A stretch of 64,000 bases of DNA. Source: an uncultured Candidatus Saccharibacteria bacterium (lineage in GTDB: Bacteria > Patescibacteriota > Minisyncoccia > Phycocordibacterales > UBA2100). Position numbers and translations under genes: made by a program. The stretch lies in assembly GCA_964399345.1 (NCBI GenBank), contig CAYNQE010000001.1:17060-81059 (forward strand), given 5' to 3'. This document shows, piece by piece, positions 9,964 through 19,900 of this stretch. Position 1 is the first letter of the stretch. Every line of letters starts with the position of its first letter. The notes below the pieces were generated by a model. The model was not told where the DNA came from and searched no databases. It was given only the letters and a program-made list of their open reading frames with translations.

Positions 9964-11272
9964 AATAATTACACGCTTTCCGCCTTCACCAACTGGAAGT
10001 CTACATATTGGAAATATAAGGACGCTTCTTTTTAACTACCTGTTCACTCGCCATAACGAGGGAGAAATCGTTATGCGTTTTGAAGATACTGATCTTGAGC
10101 GAAGTGATCAAAAACACGAGGAAGTAGCCTTAAATGCTCTAGCGTCTCTAGGACTAGATTTTGACAGCGGACCGTTTCGACAATCAGAAAGAACTGAAAA
10201 ATATATTGCGGCGTTAAATACATTAATTGAAAATGGAAATGCATATGTAGCTGAAGAATCAGAAGGGGAGCCAGGTAAGAATGTTATACGATTTAAAAAC
10301 CCAAACAAAGAATTAACATTTACTGACCTCATCCGCGGAGAGATAACGATCGACACAACAGACTTCGGTGATTTTGTTATAGCTCGTTCTGCTGATAATC
10401 CAATCTATCACTTAACTGTTGTCGTTGACGATATGGAGGGCGAGATCACTCATGTCATTCGCGGAGAAGATCATATAACTTCAACACCCAGACAAATACT
10501 TCTAATAGATGCACTCGGAGGGGAAGCACCGCAGTACGCACACCTTCCCCTAATTGTTGGAAGTGATAAAAAGAAACTAGGGAAGAGGCACGGTGCTGTA
10601 ACATATCAGGAATTTAAAGATCTTGGATATATTCCCGCAGGGATCCTAAACTATCTTGCACTCTTAGGTTGGAACCCTGGAGATGAGCGAGAATTTTTTA
10701 CCAAAGACGAATTAATAGGGGAGTTCTCTATTGAAAGAGTGAATAATTCACCTGCAATGTTTTCCTATGAAAAACTAGACTCAATTAATAAACACCACTT
10801 GTTGGAACTTCCAATGGAAGAGTACACAAGTACGGTAAAGGAATTTCTACAGAACGAGAAAATAGAGAACCACCCGAACTTCGCCTTACTTATAGAAGGC
10901 GTAATACGAGAAAGATTACACAAATTCTCAGAAGTTATTGAGATGAATAAGACAGGAGAATTTGACTGGCTACTTAATGCACCTGCTATTAATCCCGAAG
11001 ATCTCAAATGGAAAGATTCTCCTGCAGAAACAACTAAAGGACACCTACAATACACTGCTAAAACACTCCTAGAGGCCTCAAAATGGGATCCTACGAGTAT
11101 AAAAGAAGAAATATGGCCCTATGCTGATGAGAACGGTAGGGGTGACGTTTTAGGACCTTTACGGTTTGCGCTTTCTGGAGCAAAACGATCTCCAGATCCG
11201 TTTATGCTTGCTGCAATTCTTGGAAAAGAAGAGACTGTTAGTCGTCTTAAAACAGCAGTTGATTTACTCTAG
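9950..11272 (+). CDS. gltX: Glutamate--tRNA ligase
   Basis: PSPTGSLHIGNIRT (HIGH) and KLGKRHG (KMSKS variant). The GluRS catalytic core is recognisable. Confidence 0.85.
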   Translation: MNMNKIITRFPPSPTGSLHIGNIRTLLFNYLFTRHNEGEIVMRFEDTDLERSDQKHEEVALNALASLGLDFDSGPFRQSERTEKYIAALNTLIENGNAYVAEESEGEPGKNVIRFKNPNKELTFTDLIRGEITIDTTDFGDFVIARSADNPIYHLTVVVDDMEGEITHVIRGEDHITSTPRQILLIDALGGEAPQYAHLPLIVGSDKKKLGKRHGAVTYQEFKDLGYIPAGILNYLALLGWNPGDEREFFTKDELIGEFSIERVNNSPAMFSYEKLDSINKHHLLELPMEEYTSTVKEFLQNEKIENHPNFALLIEGVIRERLHKFSEVIEMNKTGEFDWLLNAPAINPEDLKWKDSPAETTKGHLQYTAKTLLEASKWDPTSIKEEIWPYADENGRGDVLGPLRFALSGAKRSPDPFMLAAILGKEETVSRLKTAVDLL

Positions 11273-11274
11273 CC

Positions 11275-12540
11275 ATGAAAATCTTAACTGGATTTTTGAC
11301 TATTCTTTTGCTCACTCCAGGAGTGTTGAACGCACAGAGTGCAAGTGAGATTCGAGATAAGATAGACAATCAACAAACTGAAATTTCTGAAATTGAAGAG
11401 GAGATTAAGAAGTATGAAGCTCAATTAACTGAAATTAGTAGAGAGAAGAACACTCTTCAAGGGGCTGTTCAAGAATTAGATGTTTCAAGAAAAAAAGTTG
11501 GAGCGAACATATCTATTACCCAAAGGCAGATCAATACAACAAGCTCCAGCATTGAAGAAATGACTTATGATATTAATATTAAGGAAGAATTAATTGCAGG
11601 AAACCAAAAAGCATTAGCCGAAACAATAAGAAGGATAAACGAAACGGAAAGTGATTCTTTTGTTGAGATTATTTTAAATAGTAATGATATTTCCAATCTC
11701 TGGAGTGACGTTGAAACTCTTCAACAATTCCAAGTAGTAGTTAGAGGAGAAGTTACAGTACTAACTGCTCAAAGAAAATCTCTTGAGGCTGCAAGAGAGA
11801 CAAAGGAAATTCAACAAGGTAAATTAGTCTCTCAGAAAACAGATCTTTCAACTCAGAAGCGTTCTCTAGATATAAACAGACAAGCAAAGAACTCCCTTCT
11901 AAAGGAAACCAAAAACAGAGAATCAACCTATCAGGAACTTATAGCCGAAAAGAAAAAGGCTAAGGAAGAATTTGAAGCTCAGCTGAAAAGTTTTGAATCT
12001 GAACTGCAATATATCTTAGATCCATCTAGCATACCGCCTGCAGGGAAGGGGGTACTGAGCTGGCCATTAGATAAAGTAAGGATCACTCAATACTTTGGAA
12101 ATACAAAGTTTGCCAGCTCAGGTGCGTACAACGGAAGCGGACACAACGGGATGGATTTTGGTACGCCGATAGGGACGCCTGTTAAAGCAGCACTTTCCGG
12201 AAATATTAAAGCAACAGGGAATACCGATGCTTTCCGTGGATGTTACTCGTACGGAAAATGGATACTTGTTGAGCACGTAAACGGATTAGCTACTCTATAC
12301 GCACACCTTTCAGATATCAGTGTTAGCCCAGGTGATGCCGTTGGTACTGGCCGAGTTATCGGATACTCAGGTAACACCGGATTCTCAACAGGACCTCACC
12401 TTCATTTTACTCTTTATGCAAACGACGCAGTGCAAGTTGTGCGTCTTGGTGACATAAAGGCAAGGACAGGGTGTGCTGATGCGAAAGTGCCTGTTGCCTC
12501 ATGGAGTGGTTATCTAAATCCTCTAAATTACTTGAATTAG
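11275..12540 (+). CDS. Secreted M23-family metallopeptidase (EnvC-like murein endopeptidase) with an N-terminal coiled-coil
   Basis: Signal peptide, then a long coiled-coil. C-terminal LytM domain with HNGMDFG and GPHLHF zinc motifs. Confidence 0.85.
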   Translation: MKILTGFLTILLLTPGVLNAQSASEIRDKIDNQQTEISEIEEEIKKYEAQLTEISREKNTLQGAVQELDVSRKKVGANISITQRQINTTSSSIEEMTYDINIKEELIAGNQKALAETIRRINETESDSFVEIILNSNDISNLWSDVETLQQFQVVVRGEVTVLTAQRKSLEAARETKEIQQGKLVSQKTDLSTQKRSLDINRQAKNSLLKETKNRESTYQELIAEKKKAKEEFEAQLKSFESELQYILDPSSIPPAGKGVLSWPLDKVRITQYFGNTKFASSGAYNGSGHNGMDFGTPIGTPVKAALSGNIKATGNTDAFRGCYSYGKWILVEHVNGLATLYAHLSDISVSPGDAVGTGRVIGYSGNTGFSTGPHLHFTLYANDAVQVVRLGDIKARTGCADAKVPVASWSGYLNPLNYLN

Positions 12541-12836
12541 CTCCTTCTCACTCTCCTTTACTTGGTACACTAGTACCAAAAAGTTTAATGTCGCACAATA
12601 TATATAGGGTATTGAGGACGGGGTAGAGCAGGGTGATTAACTTAATTTTAACGAGATCCGTCAAAAGACTGAGAAATTAAAATTTATACATATACGTGCA
12701 AAAAGTAACTAGATAAAAAAATAAAAAATATTTGAAGGGTTAGAAGAAGGCTGAGATTTATATATGTGTTTACTAAGCTGTATTAGTTGTATATTATGTC
12801 GCAAAAGATATATTGTGCGAACTAAAGTAATCCAAT

Positions 12837-13385
12837 CTACACTTCTTCCCTTCCTAGTCGAGAATTGGTCCATTTTCTATTTTGCGAGCTTTTAAATTTA
12901 GACGACTGTTCCTGTATTTCCTGTATACGTGCTAAATCTTCTTTGCTCCACACTACCTTTTGGAAACCCATACTCCCCTTCACTATATTCACTGATCCTC
13001 TTATCTTCTTGTACTTAAGCAAGATACTTACTGCTTCAGCCCAAAGTTTAAAATCTCGCTTCTTTTTACCGAAAAGTTTATTTTTTCTGAAGAATGGTAT
13101 TATCGTATCCTGTAATTCAAATAGATCGGTCACCTGGTAACGTACCGACTTATTATTCTTGGTGAAGCTAATTTCGCCCACTTCAAATCGTTTTTTAAAT
13201 TCCTCAAGAATTTTAAAGTCATCCGCTCTTAGACTAATGGCAAAAATAGCCTTCCAGCTATAATAAACTGCCTTTGAGGCTCTCTCATGCCTAACATCTC
13301 TGCGTACAGATAATCCAAAACATCCCTCTCCATCTGTAAAACCAGATATATAGTCGTCTGAAATTGAAGTTTTTCTATTCACCAC
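12837..13385 (-). CDS. Free-standing single-motif LAGLIDADG homing endonuclease
   Basis: Canonical LAGLIDADG helix YISGFTDGEGCFGLSV near the N-terminus. At 182 aa it fits the homodimeric class. It sits in an AT-rich intergenic island. Confidence 0.8.
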   Translation of the reverse strand: MVNRKTSISDDYISGFTDGEGCFGLSVRRDVRHERASKAVYYSWKAIFAISLRADDFKILEEFKKRFEVGEISFTKNNKSVRYQVTDLFELQDTIIPFFRKNKLFGKKKRDFKLWAEAVSILLKYKKIRGSVNIVKGSMGFQKVVWSKEDLARIQEIQEQSSKFKSSQNRKWTNSRLGREEV

Positions 13386-13433
13386 CTAATAGTATATGCT
13401 GAGGTAGTGTCGCACAAGGGTCCGGTGTGTACA

Positions 13434-14201
13434 CTACTTCCCGAACTTCTCAAACGCTCTTAATACTTCAATAGGCATCGCAAACACTACTGTGTTGCTC
13501 TGATCTGAAGAAAGATCGTTCAGTGACTGCAATGTTCTAAGGTGTAGTGCACCGGGTGCTGCTGAGAGAGTGTTAGCAGCCTTTGCCATATTATCAGCTG
13601 AGATTACCTCACCTTCAGCCTTAATGATAACTGAGCGTTTCTCACGTTCAGCTTCAGCCTGTTTTGCAATTGTTCGCTCCATGTTATCAGGGAGGATAAT
13701 ATCTTTAAGCTCAACGTTTTGAACCTTAATCCCCCAGTCATCACTAGCAACATCAACTACTGATCGAATTTTTTCTGAAATCTTCTCTCTTCCTGAGAGA
13801 AGTTCATCAAGTTCAACTTCACCAACAGCATTACGCATAGTTGTTTGTGCTAACTGACTTACAGCAAAGAAGAAATCTTCAACTTTTAAAATAGCGTTGC
13901 CTGCATCACTTACCTTGTAGTATATAACGGCGTTAACTCCAACTGCGATGTTGTCTTTGGTAATGGCCTGTTGTTGAGGAACATCAACTGCTTTTGTTCG
14001 CATATCTACCTTCAACATTTTCTGAAACACAGGAATTACTATTCTCCATCCTGGTTCTCGCATTCCGGTAAACTTACCCATTGTAAACATAACCCCTCGT
14101 TCGTATTGGTTAACTTGTCGTAGTACTGCAACTGCAATACCGATAGCTAAAGGTAAAATTGTAAAAAATCCCATAAATATTATATTAATTATTAACTCCA
14201 A
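13434..14201 (-). CDS. SPFH/band-7 (stomatin/prohibitin-like) membrane protein
   Basis: N-terminal TM anchor followed by an SPFH domain (ITKDNIAVGVNAVIYYKV, AEREKRSVIIKAEGE). Confidence 0.8.
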   Translation of the reverse strand: MELIINIIFMGFFTILPLAIGIAVAVLRQVNQYERGVMFTMGKFTGMREPGWRIVIPVFQKMLKVDMRTKAVDVPQQQAITKDNIAVGVNAVIYYKVSDAGNAILKVEDFFFAVSQLAQTTMRNAVGEVELDELLSGREKISEKIRSVVDVASDDWGIKVQNVELKDIILPDNMERTIAKQAEAEREKRSVIIKAEGEVISADNMAKAANTLSAAPGALHLRTLQSLNDLSSDQSNTVVFAMPIEVLRAFEKFGK

Positions 14202-14785
14202 GGAACATCAAATTGTTCAAACTCCGGAAGCAACTTCTCATTATACAGCAACCTGTTTATCACTTCAGCGTGCGAAAGCGCACCTGTGAGAGCATTGTGA
14301 GGATGCGGCTCTTCCGGTATTCCGCAATAGTTTAACACCTCATCTAAATTTAGTGCACTTCTTTTGTGTTCAACATCAACTGGTGGTGTCTCCCCTCTTT
14401 TAATCATGTGCATCCATGCAAGTGAGTGACTATCGATAGTTCGATATGCAAAAGTGTAATTTAATCCAGCACGTTCACATGCTGCTCGTACGTAGTCTCT
14501 ATCAAAAGAAACGTTCTGTCCTCCGAAAGTCTTATCTTCAAGAGATTCACTCCAGGCGATAAACTTTTTTATCAACTCTTCTTCAGTTTGTTTTGTTGGA
14601 TCTGTAATTTCCTCTTTTGTAAATCCATTTACTTCAAGTGCACCATCCATTATGTGTGCTCCATCCCATATACGACACTCTTCGTAAAATCGATTTTCTG
14701 GGCTCTTTAAATCAAGTGCACCAATACTTACAATTGAGTGCTTTTCGTAATCTGTGCCTGAGGCTTCTATATCTAGTATTAACAT
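14192..14785 (-). CDS. DEDDh 3'-5' exonuclease (DnaQ/epsilon-like)
   Basis: Exo I motif LILDIEASG and a C-terminal H-x4-D motif (HNALTGALSHAEV). Confidence 0.7.
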   Translation of the reverse strand: MLILDIEASGTDYEKHSIVSIGALDLKSPENRFYEECRIWDGAHIMDGALEVNGFTKEEITDPTKQTEEELIKKFIAWSESLEDKTFGGQNVSFDRDYVRAACERAGLNYTFAYRTIDSHSLAWMHMIKRGETPPVDVEHKRSALNLDEVLNYCGIPEEPHPHNALTGALSHAEVINRLLYNEKLLPEFEQFDVPWS

Positions 14786-14802
14786 TTGGGCATTATATCA
14801 TT

Positions 14803-15174
14803 TTACTTCAACCCCTTACAATTCCCCGCCGGCTCGTAACCAGCTTTTCTAGCCCCGTCGATACTCTTAAACCACACCTTATTCACCTCGCTCATTCTAG
14901 TTGCGCCCGAACACCACGGAAAATGATACTTACTCCCCTTTCTTGAGGCCACCACTAGTCCACCCATACTAATTGGATCAACCTCATTCATTGCTTGTTC
15001 AAACATTCTGATGGCTGGCCGTTTCTCTTCCATCATGGAGAGTCTTCCTAATCCAAAAGCCCCTAATCCAACTAATATTAGTATGAGCACTATAAAGACA
15101 TCCTGCCCCATTTTGGGGGTATTGCCCTTGATTTGAGTGCCTCGTTCGCGTATACTTTTCCACCAGTTCCTCAT
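14803..15174 (-). CDS. Membrane-anchored protein with an Ada-like metal-binding domain. An alternative start at 15111 (MGQDVFIV) is possible.
   Basis: TM anchor followed by YHFPWCSGATRMSEVNKVWFKSIDGARKAGYEPAGNC, resembling the Ada N-terminal Zn-binding fold. Confidence 0.4.
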   Translation of the reverse strand: MRNWWKSIRERGTQIKGNTPKMGQDVFIVLILILVGLGAFGLGRLSMMEEKRPAIRMFEQAMNEVDPISMGGLVVASRKGSKYHFPWCSGATRMSEVNKVWFKSIDGARKAGYEPAGNCKGLK

Positions 15175-15196
15175 TGGGAACTATTTTAACTGATAT

Positions 15197-15469
15197 ATGG
15201 CACATAGAAAAGCCGGAGGTTCGGCAAAAAACCTACGAGATTCAAACCCAAAATATCTGGGTACTAAACTAGCAGACGGTTCAGCAGCAAAAACCGGGTC
15301 TATTATCGTACGTCAGCGCGGAACAAAGATTATGGCAGGAAAGAATGTTGGGGTAGGAAAAGATCACACACTGTTTGCACTTACAGACGGACTAGTAAAA
15401 TTTAGAGAAAAAAGAAAGACTAACTTCACCGGAGTTACGGTAAAGAAAAAAGTAGTAGACGTTCTATAG
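15197..15469 (+). CDS. rpmA: 50S ribosomal protein L27
   Basis: [16 protein letters not shown]...[12 protein letters not shown]...GKDHTLFAL is the conserved L27 signature. Confidence 0.9.
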   Translation: MAHRKAGGSAKNLRDSNPKYLGTKLADGSAAKTGSIIVRQRGTKIMAGKNVGVGKDHTLFALTDGLVKFREKRKTNFTGVTVKKKVVDVL

Positions 15470-15472
15470 AGA

Positions 15473-15498
15473 AACCGCACAAATCGTGCGGTTTTTTT
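15473..15498 (+). terminator. Rho-independent terminator after rpmA
   Basis: Hairpin ccgcac-aaatc-gtgcgg followed by a run of 7 T. Confidence 0.7.
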
Positions 15499-15560
15499 AT
15501 TTATCTGCTAAACTCAGATTAGCCGCACCTTCGTGTGTGATAACAATCTGGAGAATTCCA

Positions 15561-15656
15561 ATGTTCAAGAAGAAACGAATGTGGATACCCATATCAATGT
15601 TTGCAGTCGCAATCACGCTGAGCGTCCTTGCACACAAATATGGTATAACACCCTAA
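15561..15656 (+). CDS. Candidate 31-aa small hydrophobic peptide (MFKKKRMWIPISMFAVAITLSVLAHKYGITP)
   Basis: GGAG 8 nt upstream of the ATG. Basic N-terminus plus a single TM helix. Sits between a terminator and the next gene. Confidence 0.3.
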   Translation: MFKKKRMWIPISMFAVAITLSVLAHKYGITP

Positions 15657-15663
15657 AAATCAC

Positions 15664-15694
15664 ACAAAAAGGCGCCCTAACCGGCGCCCTTTTG
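15664..15694 (-). terminator. Rho-independent terminator after rplI (bidirectional hairpin)
   Basis: ggcgcc-ctaacc-ggcgcc hairpin with a T-run on the minus strand. Confidence 0.65.
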
Positions 15695-15696
15695 TA

Positions 15697-16119
15697 TTAG
15701 TTGGCTTCAATCTTTATAGTCGCCTTCTCTCCCGATATTTCTACTGTATGTTCTCCAAGTTCTTTAATTGGTGAGTCTATAACAATTGCACTAGCATCAA
15801 CTGCAACTCCCGTATCTTTCTTTAGTTGCTCTGCTATAACTTCTGCACTTATTGCTTCAAAGAGATGCTCTTTCTCATTTGAGTTTGCCTTGATAACAAG
15901 AGTTTCAATTTTTGCTAATCCTTCTTGTAGTGCTTCTTTAGAAGCTTCAACTTGGGCCTCTTGAGCTCCTGCTCTCTTTTCTAATTGTGCAATTTTTGAA
16001 TCAGTAGCTGCCTCTGCCCTACCTTGTCCTATTAGAAATTGTGCGTAGCCATTTGCTACTTCTGCGATTGTATTCTTTTGTCCAACTTTTGCTGTGTCTT
16101 TAAGTAAAATAACTTTCAT
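15697..16119 (-). CDS. rplI: 50S ribosomal protein L9
   Basis: MKVILLKDTAKVGQKNTIAEVANGYA is the N-terminal domain signature of L9. Confidence 0.85.
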   Translation of the reverse strand: MKVILLKDTAKVGQKNTIAEVANGYAQFLIGQGRAEAATDSKIAQLEKRAGAQEAQVEASKEALQEGLAKIETLVIKANSNEKEHLFEAISAEVIAEQLKKDTGVAVDASAIVIDSPIKELGEHTVEISGEKATIKIEAN

Positions 16120-16160
16120 ATTTTTGAAATTAATTGAGTCTGTATATTACTTAGAATTAA

Positions 16161-17396
16161 CTACTCTAGCAAGTATTCAACTGCCCTTTCTAAGGTGTAA
16201 TCTGTATCGTCGTCTTCATCTATCTCTTCAGGAAACTCTACTTCAATATCTGGGTCAATTCCCTCTTTTGTTATAAATACATCTCCTGCAAGTAGCCAAC
16301 GAGCAACCGTTACCTTTAGAGAGGTTTCTGAAGTAATATCCAAGACTTCCTGCACTGATCCCTTTCCAAAACTACGGGTTCCAATTAGTGTGGCCACGCC
16401 ATGCTCTTTCAAAGATCCTGCAAGGATTTCAGACGCTGATGCTGAACCTCTATCCATTAAGATTACTAACTCCCCTTCAAAAATATCGTACCCCCTACTT
16501 CTGTGGATTTTATTCTCTCCATTTCCGCCGTAATCTTCAGTAACTACTATTTTTCCTGTCGGCAAGAACCAACTGGCCATATCAGTGGCTGCTGAAAGAT
16601 ATCCTCCTGGGTTGCCTCGAAGATCAATAATCAATTTATCGTAGCCTGTTTCAACAAATTCCATAAGTGCTTGCCTGAAAAGCTCCGAAGACTTCGCTGA
16701 AAAATTCGATAGCTCTATAACAAATATTCCATCGTCTCTTTTGTAAGTTTCTATCGTTGGTATTTGAATTGTGTCTCTTGTAACAGTAATATCGAGAAGC
16801 TCACCCTCACCTTCTCGTACAATGGTAAATATAACGTCTGTTCCCTTCTTTCCTCTAATTAATTGAACTGCAGTACCTATGCTCATATCCTTGGTATTCG
16901 TATCGTCAATTTTAACAATTTTGTCAGCACTTTTAATACCCGATGTAAACGCAGGGGTTCCCTTTAGAGGAGATACGACTGTTAGTATTCTGTCGCGAAT
17001 AGCAATCTCCATTCCAACTCCTTCAAAGCTTCCACTAATATCTGCATTAAACACTTCAGCCTGAGAAGGCGGTAGGAAAACTGTGTACGGGTCTCCCATA
17101 GACTCCGCGAGCCCGCTAATTAATCCCCAAACTTGATCCTCTCTTATATCTTTTTTTGTAGTAGTTGCAGTAGTAGTTGCGTAGGCGTCAACAAATTTAT
17201 CATCTAAGAGTCCCCACGCTTTCCATAACGGAGTCAAATTAGTATCTACAGGCTGCTCAGTTGCAACAGACCCCGCAGCAAAAGCAGAGAATCCATACTT
17301 ATTTAACTTATCGTTTACTACGCCCTTTCCTCCAAGAATAGCTCCTGTAGAAAATGCGATTACTATAACTAATGCTATTGAGAGATTTCTTAACAT
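16161..17396 (-). CDS. ctpA: Carboxyl-terminal processing protease (S41 family) with a PDZ domain
   Basis: LRGNPGGYLSAATDMAS matches the S41 catalytic region. Signal peptide and PDZ-like segment present. Confidence 0.8.
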   Translation of the reverse strand: MLRNLSIALVIVIAFSTGAILGGKGVVNDKLNKYGFSAFAAGSVATEQPVDTNLTPLWKAWGLLDDKFVDAYATTTATTTKKDIREDQVWGLISGLAESMGDPYTVFLPPSQAEVFNADISGSFEGVGMEIAIRDRILTVVSPLKGTPAFTSGIKSADKIVKIDDTNTKDMSIGTAVQLIRGKKGTDVIFTIVREGEGELLDITVTRDTIQIPTIETYKRDDGIFVIELSNFSAKSSELFRQALMEFVETGYDKLIIDLRGNPGGYLSAATDMASWFLPTGKIVVTEDYGGNGENKIHRSRGYDIFEGELVILMDRGSASASEILAGSLKEHGVATLIGTRSFGKGSVQEVLDITSETSLKVTVARWLLAGDVFITKEGIDPDIEVEFPEEIDEDDDTDYTLERAVEYLLE

Positions 17397-17472
17397 TTGG
17401 ACATTATGACATGGACACGGTTATACACGCTAGTAGACCAACTGTATTTATCTATGCTCTATACTGTAGGTA

Positions 17473-18393
17473 ATGCTTCATAGACACGAATACAAAGATT
17501 TAATCTGGATTGATCTGGAGTCCCCCAGTATTATGGACGTTAAGTCTATAGTGGAGGAATTTAAAATAGATCAAATAGTTGCAGACGAGCTTCTCTCGCC
17601 TACTCTAAGGCCTCATACGGATAAGTATGATGGGTTTCTATATTTAGTTTTACATTTTCCGACTCTTAGTCACCCGGAGAACTCACTAGGACACCTTGAA
17701 CATGAAGTTGATTTTATAATCGGAAAGGATTTTATAATAACAACACGCTACCAAGAACTAGAATCGTTTGAAGACTTTAGAAAAGTATTCGAAGTTAACG
17801 CAAGTCTAGATGATGATCATTTAACTGATAACCCCTTTGATATCTTCTTGCTACTCACAAGACGCTTATACAAGACGGTAGAAAATGAAATTAATATTGT
17901 TAGAGAGACTCTTGAACACATTGAAAGTGAGGTCTTCAAGGGGCGAGAGAAAGAAATGGTTGTTTCCCTATCTAAAACAGGACGCGATATTTTAAACTTA
18001 AAACAAGCACTGGACCCACATCAAGAAGTCTTGAGTTCTCTAAGAGAGTTAACTGTAGAGTTTGCCGGAAGCGAATACGCAACCCGAGTGAAAGCAATTG
18101 AGAACATGTACTACCGTTCTCGTAAGCACATAACCAGAATATGGCAGACCTTGACTGAACTTCGCGAAACAAATAACTCATTGCTTTCAACAAAGCAAAA
18201 TGAAGTTATGAAGGTTTTCACCATACTAGCCTTTGTTACCTTCCCATTATCTCTTGTTGCCTCTATATTTGGAATGAACACAGAAAACATTCCTTTTGTT
18301 GGACAAGAACACGATTTTTGGATTGTTATAGGAATGATGCTCTTTGCAACATTCTTTATGTTCCTGTTCTTTAAACGGAAGGGGTGGTTGTAG
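17473..18393 (+). CDS. corA: CorA-family Mg2+/Co2+ transporter
   Basis: Two C-terminal TM helices with FGMNTENIP, a GMN-motif variant. Cytoplasmic alpha/beta N-terminal domain. Confidence 0.8.
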   Translation: MLHRHEYKDLIWIDLESPSIMDVKSIVEEFKIDQIVADELLSPTLRPHTDKYDGFLYLVLHFPTLSHPENSLGHLEHEVDFIIGKDFIITTRYQELESFEDFRKVFEVNASLDDDHLTDNPFDIFLLLTRRLYKTVENEINIVRETLEHIESEVFKGREKEMVVSLSKTGRDILNLKQALDPHQEVLSSLRELTVEFAGSEYATRVKAIENMYYRSRKHITRIWQTLTELRETNNSLLSTKQNEVMKVFTILAFVTFPLSLVASIFGMNTENIPFVGQEHDFWIVIGMMLFATFFMFLFFKRKGWL

Positions 18394-18406
18394 TATACTA
18401 AGGCAA

Positions 18407-19825
18407 ATGCCAATTCATTTTTACAACACTCTATCTAAAGAAAAGGAGGTTTTCACGCCACTCAAGGAAGAAGTACGGATGTACAGTTGTGGCCCCACAG
18501 TATATGAAAGAGCACATATCGGAAATATGCGTTCCTACCTTCTCTCTGACTTAGTTCGAAGAACATTAGAATACAACGGATACAACGTAAAGCAGGTTAT
18601 AAATATAACTGATGTTGGCCACCTTACTGGAGATAACGAAGGTGATGCTGACACAGGAGAAGACAGACAAGAAAAGGCCGCGAAACTTAGCGGAGAATCA
18701 GCACAAGACATTGCTGAGAAATATACTTCCCTCTTTAAAGAAGACATTAAAAAATTGAATCTTAAAACCGAAGGTACTCAATTTCCAAAAGCCACAGATT
18801 ACATTGCAGAACAAATTGCCATGGTGGAAACCCTAATGGAAATTGGTCATGCGTATAAAATAGATGATGGAATATACTTTGATACTTCTGTATTTAAAAA
18901 CTACGGACAGCTCGGGGGCATCGATACCCAAGAACTAGAAGAAGGCGCACGAGTTGAAAAAAATGAACAAAAGAAAAATCCCTCAGACTTTGCATTGTGG
19001 AAATTCTCTCAGGAAAAACGACAGCAAGAATGGGAGTCTCCGTGGGGAGTAGGGTTTCCAGGTTGGCACATAGAATGTTCTGCAATGAGTCGTGCACTCT
19101 TAGGAAGACAAGTAGATATACATACTGGAGGAATTGATCACATACCTATTCATCACAATAATGAAATTGCTCAAAGTGAATCCATAAATAAAAAGAAGTT
19201 TGTTAACTACTGGATGCACAATGCTTTCATAAATATAGAGGGAAGAAGAATGGGAAAATCCCTTGGAAACCTCCTTACATTGGATCAAATAATAGATCGT
19301 GGTTTCTCCCCCCTGTCCTATCGGTACTGGCTAATGACCGCACACTACAAAACGCCCGTAAACTTCACCTGGGATGCATTGGAGGGCTCACACACAGCAC
19401 TAAAGAAGCTTCATAGGTATTTTGTTGATGAGCTTAGCCTAAAGAGTGGAGAGATAGATTCTAGCTATAAGGAAAAGTTTAACGGTTATATAAATGACGA
19501 TTTAGACACACCAAAGGCAATCGCACTTCTGTGGTCACTTGTTAAAGACGACTCCATTACTCCAGAGAATAAAAGAGCGACTCTATTAAACTTTGATACT
19601 GTTTTGGGCTTGGGATTAAGTGAATCGGATAAATCTCTGGATAAACTACTTCACGGCACAGCTGCAAAATTAGAAGTTCCTGAAGAAATACAAGAACTCA
19701 TAGTTGAAAGAGAAGAGGCACGTGAGTCAAAGGATTTTGAAAAGGCTGACTCACTTCGCGACTTAATTGAAAAGGCTGGTTACAAAATTGAGGATTCAGA
19801 AGAGGGTCCGGAGCTTTCTAAATAG
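18407..19825 (+). CDS. cysS: Cysteine--tRNA ligase. Start set at the ATG at 18407. The ORF-track start at 18344 would overlap corA.
   Basis: MYSCGPTVYERAHIGNMRSYL (HIGH), CPWGVGFPGWHIEC zinc site, KMGKSLGN (KMSKS). Confidence 0.9.
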   Translation: MPIHFYNTLSKEKEVFTPLKEEVRMYSCGPTVYERAHIGNMRSYLLSDLVRRTLEYNGYNVKQVINITDVGHLTGDNEGDADTGEDRQEKAAKLSGESAQDIAEKYTSLFKEDIKKLNLKTEGTQFPKATDYIAEQIAMVETLMEIGHAYKIDDGIYFDTSVFKNYGQLGGIDTQELEEGARVEKNEQKKNPSDFALWKFSQEKRQQEWESPWGVGFPGWHIECSAMSRALLGRQVDIHTGGIDHIPIHHNNEIAQSESINKKKFVNYWMHNAFINIEGRRMGKSLGNLLTLDQIIDRGFSPLSYRYWLMTAHYKTPVNFTWDALEGSHTALKKLHRYFVDELSLKSGEIDSSYKEKFNGYINDDLDTPKAIALLWSLVKDDSITPENKRATLLNFDTVLGLGLSESDKSLDKLLHGTAAKLEVPEEIQELIVEREEARESKDFEKADSLRDLIEKAGYKIEDSEEGPELSK

Positions 19826-19900
19826 ATATCCCCCTCTTGTCCGACATATTCACATGTGTCCTAAAGTACGCTCCATTAAATGTCATGGTAAAATCTTTCT

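Noticed and set aside
12541-12836. Possible CRISPR array or tRNA in the AT-rich spacer upstream of the LAGLIDADG gene
   Set aside because: No regularly spaced direct repeats of 24-40 bp and no cloverleaf could be folded. Only the short gtcgcacaa repeats were seen, and those are reported as a finding.
18344-18406. ORF-track start of cysS at 18344, overlapping the end of corA
   Set aside because: The CysRS homology begins at MPIHFYNT, at the ATG at 18407. The upstream extension is Cys/Ser-rich and overlaps corA.
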